Below are positions 62,491 to 64,000 of a stretch of DNA of 64,000 nt, one piece after another. Every line of letters starts with the position of its first letter. The first letter of the stretch is position 1. The notes beneath the pieces were generated by a model, which was not told the origin of the DNA, did not search any database, and saw only the letters and a program-made list of their open reading frames with translations. Source of the DNA: Mobula birostris (taxonomy: Eukaryota); assembly GCF_030028105.1 (NCBI RefSeq), contig NC_092374.1, positions 8,670,998 through 8,734,997 on the forward strand, read 5' to 3'. Made by a program: the position numbers and the translations under genes.

Positions 62491-62999
62491 TTATTTGGGC
62501 AGCGCAAGCTTGCTCCGTGCTTTATCTCTGAATAACAAATTAAACGTGTCCTCTATTACTAAGATATAGTTTTCTGTGTAAATTCGAGAGCAGGATTTCT
62601 CAACTGGAGGTCCACGGTCCCTTTGCTTAAGGGTATTACTCCATGACAAAAGGAAAAGTTTGGCAATCCTTGTATGAGAGGCATTTGTCCTTGTTAGACA
62701 TGATCATGGATCTTGGATTAACGACAGCGAAGTGTAGGAGTTTGAAACAGCAGAGTTCTTGTGATTGCAGCCTCCTCCTCCGGCCTAGGGGATCGAGAGG
62801 TATGTGGTTGCGGTGTGAGATGTTACTGAGTTAGTTCCAGTTCAAGATCTTATGGTCTTAAAATATAATATTGACCAAGTCCTTGGGTGACACCGCTGGT
62901 GGACTGATGGCACACGGGAAGTAATCCGGGTCCCTGTAGTTGATTCTATTGCATGACTGTGTGCATGAGCTTCCCAAGTCATTTTACTCAGCTGTCTTT

Positions 63000-63600
63000 G
63001 ATTTGTAATTTCTCTGTATTTTCTCTACATTAAAAAGTCAACCTTCCTTTTCTTCTACCAATGTGCATGAGCATACACTTACCGACAATGTATTCCCTCT
63101 CCACTTCTTTCCACATTCTCCTAATCTGTCTAGGTCCTGCTGTAGTCGCTCCACTTCCTCAAAACTACCTTGCTTTCCACCTTTCTTCGTATCGTCTGCA
63201 AAGTGTGCATCAAAGCCAACAATTCTCTCATCGAAATCATTAACCTAAGAATCGGTCCCAACACAGGCCCCTGTGCAACATCACGAGTTACCGGCAGCCA
63301 ACCAGAAAAGGCTCCCTTTCTGAAACACACACAAGATGCGAGAGGATCTCAGCAGGCTAGGTAGCATCTATGGAAAAGAGTAAACAGTCGTCATTGTGGG
63401 CCAAGATCCTTCATTGCCCTGATTACTTTTATCCATGTTAGGATCTTCAGAGTAATACCATGGGCTAGTAGCTTGCTAAGCAGCCTCATGTGTAGCACCT
63501 TGCCAAAGGACTTCCGAAAATCCAAATACACAACATGAACCGATTATCCTTTATCTATCCTGCTTACACTCTCTTCAAAAAAATTCAAACACACTTGTCA
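63000..63600 (-). mobile_element. CR1 RT fragments with a Penelope-type tail
   Basis: VTRDVAQGPVLGPILRLMI (ORF 63130-63330). Confidence 0.7.
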
Positions 63601-63647
63601 GCAAGGTTTTCCCTTGAAGAATCTATGCTGACTACGTCCTATGTTAT

Positions 63648-63795
63648 TGTCACGTACCTCGTGACAGGAATAAAAAACCAGCAGAAATAGAAAACACTTT
63701 GGAGTCCAGTATTGCTATTAACTAATAATATTTATTAGTAATTATGCAATACAGTAATATAAATGTAGATAAATCAAACAGGTTAGCAATGATTA
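63648..63795. mobile_element. LTR end related to 42037-42895
   Basis: TGTCACGTACC...ACCAGCAGAAAT...TTGGAGTC matches the start of the 42037 LTR. Confidence 0.65.
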
Positions 63796-63796
63796 C

Positions 63797-64000
63797 ATAG
63801 TCATAGTCAGAGTCATACTTTATTGAATCGTGGGAAATTGGTTTTTGTTACAGTTGCACCATAAATAATTAAATAGTAATAAGCCATAAATAATTAAATA
63901 GTAATATGTAAATTATGCCAGGAAATAAGTCCAGGACCAGCCTATTGGCTCAGGGTGACTGACCCTCCAAGGGAGGAGTTGTAAAGTTTGATGGCCACAG
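63797..64000 (-). mobile_element. Rex1/Babar 3' end (runs off the window)
   Basis: Near-identical to 31190-31395. Confidence 0.85.

Overview
Repeat-dense vertebrate genomic DNA. The repeat content (CR1 LINEs with (TTTCTATG)n-type tails, V-SINEs, Penelope, Rex1/Babar) points to a cartilaginous fish, probably a ray; this is inference. Most of the window is fragmented transposable elements. Hidden among them is a five-exon, phase-consistent + strand Ig-superfamily receptor model: signal peptide 29336-29396, Siglec-15-like V-set 40537-40920, second V-set 49329-49718, TM exon with a Lys 51696-51795, and a short tail 57576-57591 (951 nt, 316 aa). Around it is debris of exon-level birth and death. 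An inverted paralogous arm (about 2.3-6.7 kb) has lost the Siglec V exon at a microsatellite junction. There is also a doubly deleted V pseudo-exon at 30.9 kb and a 31-bp relic of a second V2 copy at the start of a tandem repeat that brackets V2. The window also holds a decayed class I/epsilon-like ERV (15.5-18.2 kb) whose pol region carries a CNPase-like 2H phosphodiesterase domain between protease and RT. Other elements: a non-autonomous Helitron with 23-aa STPR-like repeats, two solo LTRs with TSDs, two near full-length CR1s, a 40-bp intronic satellite and an 81-bp minisatellite. Exon, LTR and Helitron boundaries were read base by base; most other TE boundaries are approximate, and identity estimates are by eye.
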